From a virus, in the IMG/VR virus record IMGVR_UViG_3300037493_003260, positions 20,089-84,088 of that record: 64,000 nt of DNA. One strand, 5' to 3'. Numbering within the stretch: position 1 is the first letter of the stretch; each line of letters starts with the position of its first letter. Both the position numbers and the translations under genes were made by a program. The notes below the pieces were generated by a model, which had not been told where the DNA came from, did not search any database, and saw only the letters and a program-made list of their open reading frames with translations. This document shows, piece by piece, positions 20,041 through 29,464 of this stretch.

Positions 20041-22842
20041 CTATTTAGTTTCTGCCCATACTCTAACGAGTCGAGCTAATTTGATTTTTTTGCTTAACTG
20101 GTCAATGCGTGCCATTTGAAAACTACGCTTAAGTGCATCTTTTAGTCCAGCTTTTCCCAGTGCTGCCATAGCACCAACATTTGTAGATGAACCAGATAAA
20201 TACCGAAATAAAACAATACCTGCAACAGTGCCAAACGCTTGCCAACCAATGTCGGCGATTGTGTCACCTGCAGCACGAGCTAAGCTGCGTCCCGCACGTC
20301 CCGCCGTCTGCACTGCTATATCCTTCACAGCTCTGGGCAGAACTAAAGCGGCCTCTGATACCTGGCTGTGTGGTTTCTCTGTTGGCTTTTGTGCACCGCC
20401 AGGTTTCTGTGCTCCCGTAGGTTTTGGCCTGCCTCCAAGAGGAACACCCTCGCCAGCCCAACGTTCACGGGCGGCTTCTGCATGACCCTGTGGGTCACCA
20501 CGCCAGCCACGCTGGCCTGACCCACCAATGCCAAAAAAACCCTTGTTGATGTCCTGGACTGTATCCGCTTTTTCTGAAAAAGTCGAAGCTGGCTCAGTCA
20601 GTTCTCTTTCGGCTGTTCCTGTACCAGGCGTACGTTCAGGCCCTTGTGGTTTCTTTCGCTGACGCTGCGGGTCATCCGTAGAAGTTTGGTCTTCTGGTAA
20701 CTCATCGTCAGTTTCTACAGCCTCAGCTTCAGAATCATCGGCAGCCTCCGTGGGTTGCTCGGCTTCTGGAGATTGTGCTGTGTCACCTTGCAGAGTGGAC
20801 AACAATTCTTCTACTTTTGCTTGAAGAGGTTGAATGATTGCTTGCATCTCATCTTCACTTAAAAGCTGCTGGTCTCTTGCAAGTAATTCCAAATCTTTGA
20901 GTGCTCCATGCAGGGCAACCAAGGAATCATCGACAGACTGGACTTGTGCAATGGATTCCTGGGTGTTTGCTTGGGCTAAATCTTCCGTGGGTTTCTCGAC
21001 ACGGTACACTTTTGCTAAGCCACGAGAAACGACCAAAGCAGCTGCTTTAGAAAAAGTGCATAATGCCTTCTTATATAGAATGTCCTTCCCCGCCTTTAAA
21101 TGGTCTTCTACAATTTGATTGATAGCTTCATCCGTAAGGTCAGGATGTTCAGCCCGTTCGACGTTAAACATGGCCGTGCGATTTGGAATCATGTCTACGT
21201 CTACGATTTCGTTTTCCTCAGGTTTTTCTGATGTTTTCATAAGGTCTTCCGCTTTCATTCCTTTAGCGTATTCTTTTCGCCACTCGCCTAAAGTTTTTTC
21301 ACTTGATAAATTTCTGAACGGTTCTTTAACGCCAAATACCAGGTCGTCTGGAAAATTTTTATTTCGCAAAATGGAATCAAAAGTATCAGCATAATTTCTG
21401 GAAGCCGACCCTTTTGCGTGTTCCATTTCTGTAGACCAATTCCAAAGATTAAGTTTTCCTGGCCCGCTAAGTGTAGGGCTATATGTCATCCGTGCCCAGC
21501 GGGTGTCCATGTCTCCCTGAACCTTTGCTCCATAGTAGTCCACTAGTTGAACAAAAATATCAGAATGTTCTCTGCTAGCAGCACCAACACCGTAGTAGCC
21601 GTTTGTACGATTATAAAGAATTGCCATTTGGCCAGGAGTAGCCCCCCGTCTAGTGGCATCCCCAACTTCTTTTAGAACGTCTAATCCAAACCCCTCGTCG
21701 TGCAGAGCTGGCTTCCAACTGTGTGGAGCATATTCGTACCGTTCTCGTACTGTGTCAACAAATTTTGCTTGCCCAATCGTGGACGCATTAACAGGAATGT
21801 CTTTGCCAGCCACGCTATCGTAAATTGCAAGTTGCTTATGCTTTTCTGCAGCCAGTAGGGCTTGATAACGATTGTTATGGGGAACCGATATGTCTAAATG
21901 AACCTTGCCCGTTTCTTTATTATGCCAGGTTCCGAGATAATTTCCTGGTTGTGCCAGGGTTGCTTTATTCTGCTTGATGTAACCATCCACACTGTGTGCA
22001 GTAAAGTTTTTTATAGGTATAACTTTTTCCTGTGCTTTAAACGGAGAAAACATGTATCGTGCCACGGGGACTTCGCCTGCCATGGAAACCGTGTGGCCAC
22101 CATTTGCAAGCGTAGTAGCGTAAGCAGAACGTCCTACGCCGCTGGCTGGAAACCGTGCAGTCACATTTTTGGCAGCGTTTGCTATCAATCCCCTGACAGC
22201 TGTACTTCTTAAAGCAGCGATTCCACCAGCGGCAATTGCCACGATGGCCGCCGTCTTGACAGCGGTTTTTAAACCGTCATGCAAATCTGTTTTGGAACGA
22301 GGAGCTGCTGGTTCATCGACTTCAGGGCCAGGACTGTCACCACGTAATGCGGCTGCTCTGGCGTGTCCTTCAGGGTCACCAAACCAAGCCTTTGCTAAAT
22401 TTTTTGCAACCTGGTTACCTTCAAGATATTCAAGCATTCTTCGCTGGGTTTGAATGCCTTCTCTGGTATCAGATTCTCCAACTTTACGATTATCACCAGT
22501 GTACAGCACCCACTTGTCACCTTCAGTGCGAATCCAATTGCCTCCAGCATCCCGACGTTTCTTTTCAACTTCTTCTTTAGGGGCTTTGGTATCTAGGCCA
22601 CGTTCGTCTGACATGATAACTGGCACATCTGTGTGCCCAAGTTCTTTTAAAGCAAAAAACCGATGGTGTCCATCGGTTATCATCTTCCCTGGTTTTCCGT
22701 CGTTGTCTACTTCTGAGTAGACTATCGGGTAAACTTTGCCTGTTCGCTGGATTTCGGCTTTGATGTGGGAAACCTTTACAGGGTCGATGTCCCTGTTGTA
22801 AGGATTAGTGAGAAGGTCTTCTATTTTGCAAGTTTCAGTCAT
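20041..22842 (-). CDS. 933-aa multidomain protein with N-terminal ParB/Srx domain; putative virion polyprotein
   Basis: PIV...ITDGHHRF.AL..LG...VPV; internal repeat W.GDP.GHA.AA x2; VE..EH......A...I..DHL motif. Confidence 0.7.
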   Translation of the reverse strand: MTETCKIEDLLTNPYNRDIDPVKVSHIKAEIQRTGKVYPIVYSEVDNDGKPGKMITDGHHRFFALKELGHTDVPVIMSDERGLDTKAPKEEVEKKRRDAGGNWIRTEGDKWVLYTGDNRKVGESDTREGIQTQRRMLEYLEGNQVAKNLAKAWFGDPEGHARAAALRGDSPGPEVDEPAAPRSKTDLHDGLKTAVKTAAIVAIAAGGIAALRSTAVRGLIANAAKNVTARFPASGVGRSAYATTLANGGHTVSMAGEVPVARYMFSPFKAQEKVIPIKNFTAHSVDGYIKQNKATLAQPGNYLGTWHNKETGKVHLDISVPHNNRYQALLAAEKHKQLAIYDSVAGKDIPVNASTIGQAKFVDTVRERYEYAPHSWKPALHDEGFGLDVLKEVGDATRRGATPGQMAILYNRTNGYYGVGAASREHSDIFVQLVDYYGAKVQGDMDTRWARMTYSPTLSGPGKLNLWNWSTEMEHAKGSASRNYADTFDSILRNKNFPDDLVFGVKEPFRNLSSEKTLGEWRKEYAKGMKAEDLMKTSEKPEENEIVDVDMIPNRTAMFNVERAEHPDLTDEAINQIVEDHLKAGKDILYKKALCTFSKAAALVVSRGLAKVYRVEKPTEDLAQANTQESIAQVQSVDDSLVALHGALKDLELLARDQQLLSEDEMQAIIQPLQAKVEELLSTLQGDTAQSPEAEQPTEAADDSEAEAVETDDELPEDQTSTDDPQRQRKKPQGPERTPGTGTAERELTEPASTFSEKADTVQDINKGFFGIGGSGQRGWRGDPQGHAEAARERWAGEGVPLGGRPKPTGAQKPGGAQKPTEKPHSQVSEAALVLPRAVKDIAVQTAGRAGRSLARAAGDTIADIGWQAFGTVAGIVLFRYLSGSSTNVGAMAALGKAGLKDALKRSFQMARIDQLSKKIKLARLVRVWAETK

Positions 22843-22862
22843 GGGATTTTGTCTTCTAAAAA

Positions 22863-23296
22863 TTAGGCTAACGGGATAGCGGACCCGCTGGTATTTCCAG
22901 ACATATTAATTCGTTGCTTGCCCTCGCCATGGAGACCAGAGAGACACTCTGGATAAGTATACACAACGGGATTTGGCGCAAGGCCCTTGTACGGTGGTGA
23001 AAGCAAATTATTGATGGTCACTACGTTTGCAGCGGTAGGATTTTTATGCCGATTTAAAAGGCCCATTAGATTTCTTAAAGCGTCAATTTTGTTCATAAAG
23101 TTGTTTGAACCTGTCCGATAATATTTTGTTTTGTAACTTTGTCCTGGATTGTAGAAAATTGGTAGCCCGACCGTGTTTGATTACAAACAGGGGCGATAAG
23201 AAGAAACCCTTCTTTATCTGAGCCACTGATTTTTCCAATCTTGGTAATGCCCCCAGCTGTGTAACGCACGACCTTGCCAATGGCCAGCGGTGACAC
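22863..23296 (-). CDS. Two small overlapping hypothetical genes (22863-23096, 23093-23296)
   Basis: ATGA-type coupling; no recognised motif. Confidence 0.45.
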
Positions 23297-23463
23297 TACT
23301 TCAGGGGCCTTGGTTCCGAGTACTTTGCGGCATTCGTCGTCTGTTATTGGTATCCAATTTCCAGGAGTTCCTAAATATTTTTGTCCGATGGGAAGTTACC
23401 TAGCACTTTCTAAAGAATTTAATTTATAAAAACAAATCCTGCAAGAGTAGTATGTATAAAATA

Positions 23464-23649
23464 TTATATTCTCTTAGCAGGACGTTTGGCCCTCTCCACG
23501 TGGATTTTTGTAGTAGGCCCTTTGTAATATTCGGTCTCGGTTTTTCTTAAACAATGCCCACAGTATTCCACAAGAATCTCATGGCCGTCGCTTGTCAGAC
23601 GGATAGTTGTTTGCACTGAGTATGTTATCCCGCACCAATCACACCACAT
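23464..23649 (-). CDS. Small zinc-ribbon protein
   Basis: CDWC...CGHC. Confidence 0.45.
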   Translation of the reverse strand: MWCDWCGITYSVQTTIRLTSDGHEILVEYCGHCLRKTETEYYKGPTTKIHVERAKRPAKRI

Positions 23650-23665
23650 AGGAGTTAGACCCTCT

Positions 23666-24193
23666 CTATTGAAATTTATTGTATTTTTGATGATTTAAAA
23701 TTGCAGGAATAATTTGCAAATTCCATGGAACATGCAAACCGCAAACAAGGCTATTTTTAAGCGGGACGATATGGTCCACGTGATGCAAAATTCCTGTACT
23801 TTTAGTCATTTCTTTACAACGAAGGTAAACAGCTTTTAATTCGTCACTGTTAACCCAGAAAGGTTTGGCGTGCCGTTTGGCAGCTCGGCGACTTGCATGA
23901 TGAGCATTCATAATGCCCAAGTTAGCTTTTCGCCAAGCTTTATTATAGGCTAAAACTTTGCCTTTATTGGCCAAATAGTGCTTGTGCACTTTTGCACGAC
24001 CTTGTTCTGGATGTGTTTTAGAATAATGAGAAACAACTAACTTGTAATGCTCAGAATTTTTAGACTGCCAGGGTCGTACATATTTAGAACTGTGACAGCT
24101 TTTGCAATGCGAATAAAGTCCGTCTTTTGCTCTACTGTCTTTATAAAAGTCGAGTTTGCTGAAGAAACTCTTGCAAGTTGCACACTGCTTCAT
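23666..24193 (-). CDS. Free-standing HNH homing endonuclease
   Basis: HVDHIVPL...VCGLHVPWNLQII....N..K.N. Confidence 0.88.
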   Translation of the reverse strand: MKQCATCKSFFSKLDFYKDSRAKDGLYSHCKSCHSSKYVRPWQSKNSEHYKLVVSHYSKTHPEQGRAKVHKHYLANKGKVLAYNKAWRKANLGIMNAHHASRRAAKRHAKPFWVNSDELKAVYLRCKEMTKSTGILHHVDHIVPLKNSLVCGLHVPWNLQIIPAILNHQKYNKFQ

Positions 24194-26877
24194 ACTTTTT
24201 TACCATAGAATGTTAAGTGGCTTTTTTCATCATCATCAGGCCTACGAAAGCCGTTGCTGTTTGCTAACCGTGTGGTTCCTGCAACCCCTGCGCTAAACTG
24301 TGCTTTGGCATTTTTGATGCACAAATTGACAACAGCGGCAACTGCATCTGCAAGGTCCTTGCTTCCTTCTTTGCGACCTTCTTCAAGTGACCTTCGATAA
24401 GACATCTCTGGATGGTCCACTTTGCCGTTTGGTTTTCGGATGAGTTCTTCGCACTCGCGAATGAAAACTGGGTGGTGATAAATGTCAAGCAAACCTTTGT
24501 AGATTTGTTCTTTCAAGGTGTCGTAGGCTTCGGTACTTCTGTCAACTGATTGTACCTCGGCAGGGATACCTTGCTTAATTAAAAGCTGCACGCTGTCAAC
24601 AGAGTTGTGAACAAAGATACCAGCAGACAAAGCAAAATTATGTGTGGCTGGAACTTCGATGTCGTATACGTCTTCATACCCAGCAAACTCAACAGAGACA
24701 ACTTTATGGTTGTTGGCACCGCACTTAGTTTTGCTAATTTTATCCTTGGTTTCTTGGCTTCGTTTTTTGCCCGTCCAATAACCAGGATTGCCCTTGTGAG
24801 CATCAGACATCTTCTTGGCATACACGGGGTCTTGCCAAAGTTTTTTAATGCTAGCACTAATCTTTTTTGCATTGGCAGCATCGGGCGGCTTTAACAGTGC
24901 TGGGAGATTAAACTTTTTGTTTCTCTCAGCCATCAACTGTGCTTGCCGTTTGCGTTCACCAGGAATGGCCCAACGTTTTTCACTAAGGGCTTTGTGTAGT
25001 GCTACGTGTTTCTTTACGTGAATATAGACCAAGTTTTCTGGGCTATTGTTTAAAGGGTTAAAATCTTTATGATGAACAACAAAATCTTTTGGCTTAGGAC
25101 CATAGCAGGTAGCAGCAACTACGTTATGCGTAAAATCCCAGGTTTTAGTCTCAGCATTATAAATCTGTTCATACTGTCGGACAGAGCCATCCTTACGCTT
25201 GTAAGGCTTCACGTATTTTGTATACAAAGGCATTAAACTGTCACCAGGCTGTAAAAACTGCACCTGTCTGTAGGTGCCATCACGCATGAGTATCGGGTGG
25301 TCTGGAGTAAATTCAACAGTCTCGCCGCTATCCAAAGTTACACGGTATACGGGAACTTTGGTACCAGTTTTTCTTACAGGCTTACAAAGTGCTGGAACAA
25401 TGCATCCAGCCTTTAAATCGTAAGAATATATCCACGTTTCCTTGGTAAGTTCGTCTATTCGTAAGTCGTTACCATTCAACAACTTAACCTTGTTGCTTCC
25501 TAAAGTACATTGCCAGCCATCATACGTAACCATTTTAATATTAAAGCCACTTTTATAAAGACCTTGTATAAACTGACGAAATTCATCAAAAATAATCTCT
25601 TGTCCAGGACGTGCTCGGACCTGCATCATAAAATCAATGACTGCAGCAGGCTGCTTCTGTGTACTAATATTTGCAGTTGAAAGTCCCTCAGCTTTAGTCA
25701 ATTCTTTTATGTAGTCGTCGCTGAGATTGATACTCTTATTACGAGTAAAGTGCCCCATGGCAATGCCCGAATAGTCACCAGATTCTTTGCCTTTGGCCAA
25801 GTCAATGTGTATAAAATAAGGCTGATTCTTAATCGGTCTAAAGAAATCCTTGAATTTCAATTTTAAAATGTCGTTTGTCCAAATGGCATCTCCTTCAACA
25901 GGAGACACACGATTGGGGTTTATGATGTCCTTGATGCGAGATTTGTATTTAAAATAGCCCTCAGCGGCTGTTGAACCCTCACACTCGTAGATACGCTTTG
26001 CGTCTTCAGGACTCTTTAAATAGTCATCTGCGAAGTCAGCCTTGGTACGTTTAACATTCCAAACCCACGTTGGGGCTTTCACGCGAAAGGTCTTTGCTTC
26101 CTTCTCTGCCTGCTGATAACGAATCATCATAAAATCGTTGTCGTCACGTTTGTATGATATCAACATCGTTTTACGATTAGAACCAAAGCGCGTTTTTTGA
26201 GTGGAGACAAGGGCTGTGTAGAGCTTGTCGGCCTTGCCTGGGTCAAAACCCCCCACTTCGTCGAAGATGGCCAGAAGAATATTTAAGCCTTCGCCAGTGT
26301 ACTCTTCGCTATCCAGTGAATAAGCCGTGATAGCCTTCGGAAATTTGATTTCACGCGTTTGAATGTCTGCTTTAAGGTCAAGACCGTGTTCCTCAAACCA
26401 GTTCTTTTTGGTTTTTGGATTTCTGCAAACGCGAATCATAGCAATAAGATTTTTAAAGAACACGTCTTTGGCAAGTCGTGCGTTTAGAGAAACGTTAGCT
26501 AAGTCGATTGCGGACTCAGGGGCATCCTCGGAGTTGTTATTGATGCCTAGCATTTTCTGCGGATTTCTCATGCACAGCAATTTATACACACAGTAAAGAA
26601 AGACCTTACAAATCGTTCGGTCCTTCCCACCCCCCTTGCCCACCAATGCAATACCCTCGTCATATGTGGCATCCCATATCAGTGGGTCAGTGCCAAGCAT
26701 GGCCTCCACGAATTTCTGCTGCTCTGGATAACAAGGCTCGTGCAAAAACTTTTCAAAGAAGACCGAAGGTGAAACTGGAATCTCTTCCCAAGTGTCATCA
26801 GTGCGGCGCAATGATTTGCTAGCAGCTGACGCTGCATTTTTTACCAGTTCAAAATCACTATTGTCCTGGAGTGACAT
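24190..26877 (-). CDS. terL: Terminase large subunit with intein
   Basis: GKGGGKD Walker A, IFDE Walker B, HIDLA nuclease motif, TYDGWQ|S, GSKDLADA. Confidence 0.9.
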   Translation of the reverse strand: MSLQDNSDFELVKNAASAASKSLRRTDDTWEEIPVSPSVFFEKFLHEPCYPEQQKFVEAMLGTDPLIWDATYDEGIALVGKGGGKDRTICKVFLYCVYKLLCMRNPQKMLGINNNSEDAPESAIDLANVSLNARLAKDVFFKNLIAMIRVCRNPKTKKNWFEEHGLDLKADIQTREIKFPKAITAYSLDSEEYTGEGLNILLAIFDEVGGFDPGKADKLYTALVSTQKTRFGSNRKTMLISYKRDDNDFMMIRYQQAEKEAKTFRVKAPTWVWNVKRTKADFADDYLKSPEDAKRIYECEGSTAAEGYFKYKSRIKDIINPNRVSPVEGDAIWTNDILKLKFKDFFRPIKNQPYFIHIDLAKGKESGDYSGIAMGHFTRNKSINLSDDYIKELTKAEGLSTANISTQKQPAAVIDFMMQVRARPGQEIIFDEFRQFIQGLYKSGFNIKMVTYDGWQCTLGSNKVKLLNGNDLRIDELTKETWIYSYDLKAGCIVPALCKPVRKTGTKVPVYRVTLDSGETVEFTPDHPILMRDGTYRQVQFLQPGDSLMPLYTKYVKPYKRKDGSVRQYEQIYNAETKTWDFTHNVVAATCYGPKPKDFVVHHKDFNPLNNSPENLVYIHVKKHVALHKALSEKRWAIPGERKRQAQLMAERNKKFNLPALLKPPDAANAKKISASIKKLWQDPVYAKKMSDAHKGNPGYWTGKKRSQETKDKISKTKCGANNHKVVSVEFAGYEDVYDIEVPATHNFALSAGIFVHNSVDSVQLLIKQGIPAEVQSVDRSTEAYDTLKEQIYKGLLDIYHHPVFIRECEELIRKPNGKVDHPEMSYRRSLEEGRKEGSKDLADAVAAVVNLCIKNAKAQFSAGVAGTTRLANSNGFRRPDDDEKSHLTFYGKKV
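24604..25509 (-). mobile_element. Intein (302 aa) with HNH endonuclease and NUMOD3-like motifs in terminase
   Basis: Starts CTLGSN; FTPDHP; VVHHKDFNPLNNSPENL; VYDIEV..THNF...FVHN followed by Ser. Confidence 0.92.
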
Positions 26878-27481
26878 CTTTTAGCTCTGGTAATTGCAAA
26901 TTTTCCAAATCGTCGGCAATCCGATTAAGCAGGTCCCCATCCTGAATATGCTTTTTAAGTATGTTGTTTATTTGTGTAACGTAAAGTACAAATACGTTGT
27001 TAGTAATTTGTGTCTTTGGAGTACTTCGACTATCTAACTTGGCTTTTATTTCTAGCATCTTTGCCAGAGCATCGGTAAACTTCTTTAGGTCAGCTGGATT
27101 GGGAAGTTTATGCTCTTGGTCATTGCACGTTTTCATGTAACGATAAAAAACAGACCGCAGCATCGTAATTTCGTTATCGACAATTGCGATAGAAGATGGG
27201 TCTGATTCAACAATAGTTTCAAGCCGTTTAAGAATATCGTTTTCGTCAAACTCTGTTGGAGAAAAAGCAATCCGTGGCCTACCTAAACTTGCACCGCCGT
27301 GTTCACGACAACGCCCTGTTCCAATGTGGTCAGTGCCCTCGCCCGCAGGCCGAACGCAATAGCCATCTTTATAGCGAAGCCGTGCATTGCACAATTGGCC
27401 AGGCTCTTTTTTGACAGGGAGTAATTTACCAGTCTCGGTTACGTCTATTTTGAGGCGTGATTTTTTAGAGTGGGTAGTCAT
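26858..27481 (-). CDS. Putative terminase small subunit
   Basis: CNA...GYC..PAG.GTDH.G.GRC..HGG motif; overlaps terL start; likely ATG 27481. Confidence 0.6.
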   Translation of the reverse strand: MTTHSKKSRLKIDVTETGKLLPVKKEPGQLCNARLRYKDGYCVRPAGEGTDHIGTGRCREHGGASLGRPRIAFSPTEFDENDILKRLETIVESDPSSIAIVDNEITMLRSVFYRYMKTCNDQEHKLPNPADLKKFTDALAKMLEIKAKLDSRSTPKTQITNNVFVLYVTQINNILKKHIQDGDLLNRIADDLENLQLPELKDVTPGQ

Positions 27482-27587
27482 AGGGAGTGTGCCAAAAGGA
27501 TACAGTGTAGAGGGGAGAGGCAAAAAAGACGAGAATAGTCCTTCCATGTATAGTAGTACCAAACAGGCTAAAAAACAAGTAGCAGCA

Positions 27588-28019
27588 TTAAAATAGTTTG
27601 TCTTTCCTGTAGGAAACGACTCGTTTACAGTGCTGTAAAAACTGTTCGGTAGTCAAACTAGCCTTTGCTATATTGCATGTACGGCAGCAAGACCTGCAGT
27701 TTTCTGGAGTGTATCCTAGGGTGCTATCAATTCTATCTATGCCATAGTTGTCATTAGGAGTACCACAATAGCTGCAAGGTTGGCTTCCTATGGATATGAA
27801 CTGTACTTTTGTGAGTAACCAGGTGAGCTTTCTACTGGTAGCCCCTGATTTCACACGACCGTAACGCTGGTTTTGCTGCGGGGTCAGGGGCATCGGAAGG
27901 CCTAGTAGCGCATTGCGAACACAGTGTTTGCATGTTTTAGGATTGCTGTTCTGATACTGTTCCGAAATGGGGTAATATCCACTGCAAGTTTTACAGCGAA
28001 ATCTAGCACTATTGGGCAT
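27588..28019 (-). CDS. HNH-type endonuclease
   Basis: CSYCG...GIDRIDS..GYT.EN...CC..CN..K. Confidence 0.8.
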   Translation of the reverse strand: MPNSARFRCKTCSGYYPISEQYQNSNPKTCKHCVRNALLGLPMPLTPQQNQRYGRVKSGATSRKLTWLLTKVQFISIGSQPCSYCGTPNDNYGIDRIDSTLGYTPENCRSCCRTCNIAKASLTTEQFLQHCKRVVSYRKDKLF

Positions 28020-28022
28020 AGT

Positions 28023-28400
28023 CTAAGGTTTAGGAGTTTTTTTCGCTGAAAAAAGTTGCTTCTGGATAGCCTTGATTGCCCTGGTCTTTAAATCGTGAAC
28101 TCCTTGCTGTGTAATACTAAATTTTTCAGCAATTTGCAGTTCTGTAGATGGCTCGTCATCCCCAAGACCAAATGTCATTGAAAGGACTTGCTGCTGCCGT
28201 GGAGTAAGTTTTTCTATAGCTTCATATACGCTGTCAAGCGCATCGAGTTGATAGGGACTCAGGTTTGACTCTGATGAATTGCTTAGAGAACACATCTTGT
28301 CAACCAATTCTTTTTCAAAGGCGTTTAAAGATTTGTAGCCCCCCGCCCTGCGTTCAAGCGAGTTAAAATCGACTGAATAAATTTTAGACTTTCGTGCCAT
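28023..28400 (-). CDS. Sigma70 region-4 HTH protein (possible late regulator)
   Basis: IEKLTPRQQQVL...FGL......IAEKFSITQQGV......AIK. Confidence 0.7.
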   Translation of the reverse strand: MARKSKIYSVDFNSLERRAGGYKSLNAFEKELVDKMCSLSNSSESNLSPYQLDALDSVYEAIEKLTPRQQQVLSMTFGLGDDEPSTELQIAEKFSITQQGVHDLKTRAIKAIQKQLFSAKKTPKP

Positions 28401-28929
28401 TGCCCGTGTCTCCCTTTCTCCAGGTATCTGTCTTGTGCTCTTCCTGCTTGTCCCAGCCGTCCAATACCCAAAGGCTGGAGCAGAGCGAGCAAATTTCAAG
28501 AAAGCTTTCCTCTGCAATGTTGACTCTCAAATCCATCAGCAGTTCATATATTCGTGCCAGGTACCCCTCACGCTCACATCCCCGTACGGATTCCTCGTTG
28601 TACCTCCGCAGTTTTTCAACGAAGACTGGAAAAAACTCTGTCTTGGTTGCCACGGTTGTGCATTTCATTTCAGCGGTACCCCCTGGGCTAAGGTGATAGC
28701 CCCGCTTCAGCCAGTTGATGTACTGGTAGCAGCCAATTTTCAATAAGTCTTTTTCGAGGGTCATATTACGGTATCGCTTCACGTACTTTGCTTGTGTGCC
28801 AATCAGCCAATTCCAACCGAAGTCTTCCACCAGTTCGTCAGTGGCTTCCTTCCCTGCATTCGTGGAAGCATACTTCACGCCGCCGTACTCAAATTGATTT
28901 CTAAGTAAATCAATAAACGTAACACTCAT
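28384..28929 (-). CDS. DUF3310/MazG-like all-alpha protein
   Basis: G...KYVKRY....EKDLLKI..Y motif. Confidence 0.45.
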   Translation of the reverse strand: MSVTFIDLLRNQFEYGGVKYASTNAGKEATDELVEDFGWNWLIGTQAKYVKRYRNMTLEKDLLKIGCYQYINWLKRGYHLSPGGTAEMKCTTVATKTEFFPVFVEKLRRYNEESVRGCEREGYLARIYELLMDLRVNIAEESFLEICSLCSSLWVLDGWDKQEEHKTDTWRKGDTGNGTKV

Positions 28930-29453
28930 TTTGGAACTCCTCTATGGTTTAATTTGTGCATTTTATCCTTTAATCGTAATTTAAATTTACCAAGCTGCTT
29001 GTGTTTAATAGACTTCATTCCCCACAGTTTTCCTTGCAATAAGAGTTGTTCATAATCGAATAAAACAGCCACCTGAGCTTTTTTAATTACAAGATACGGA
29101 TAAATAGCCTTAGCAAGGAACAGGGCCTGCTGGTATTGAATTTCCAAATGGTAAATTGTTTTTCTAAACTTGTAATTAAATCCAGGCCCTTCGTAGTATT
29201 TACGAACTGTGTTTTTTGATAAATTATGCTTATTAATGTATCCCCCGAATATCTTGTGCAAGAGTTTGATTATCTTTAGATTTGTATTCGTTACTACAAT
29301 AAGAGGCACCACAGCTACATGCCGTTTGCCAGAACTCCCTAAAGAACTCTTTTTTGTCAACGTGATGCATCCGTCACCATCAATAAAACCCGCAGTATAT
29401 GCTAGAAAATTATCGGAGACCCCATGCGTTCTATCAATAAAAGTTTTTGTCAT
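28926..29453 (-). CDS. Free-standing single-motif LAGLIDADG endonuclease
   Basis: LAYTAGFIDGDG, YPYLVIKK.Q. Confidence 0.85.
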   Translation of the reverse strand: MTKTFIDRTHGVSDNFLAYTAGFIDGDGCITLTKKSSLGSSGKRHVAVVPLIVVTNTNLKIIKLLHKIFGGYINKHNLSKNTVRKYYEGPGFNYKFRKTIYHLEIQYQQALFLAKAIYPYLVIKKAQVAVLFDYEQLLLQGKLWGMKSIKHKQLGKFKLRLKDKMHKLNHRGVPK

Positions 29454-29464
29454 GCAGTTTCTCC

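Noticed and set aside
28926-29453. LAGLIDADG gene as intron-encoded
   Set aside because: Flanking genes are complete, it has its own RBS and no group I core motifs are adjacent
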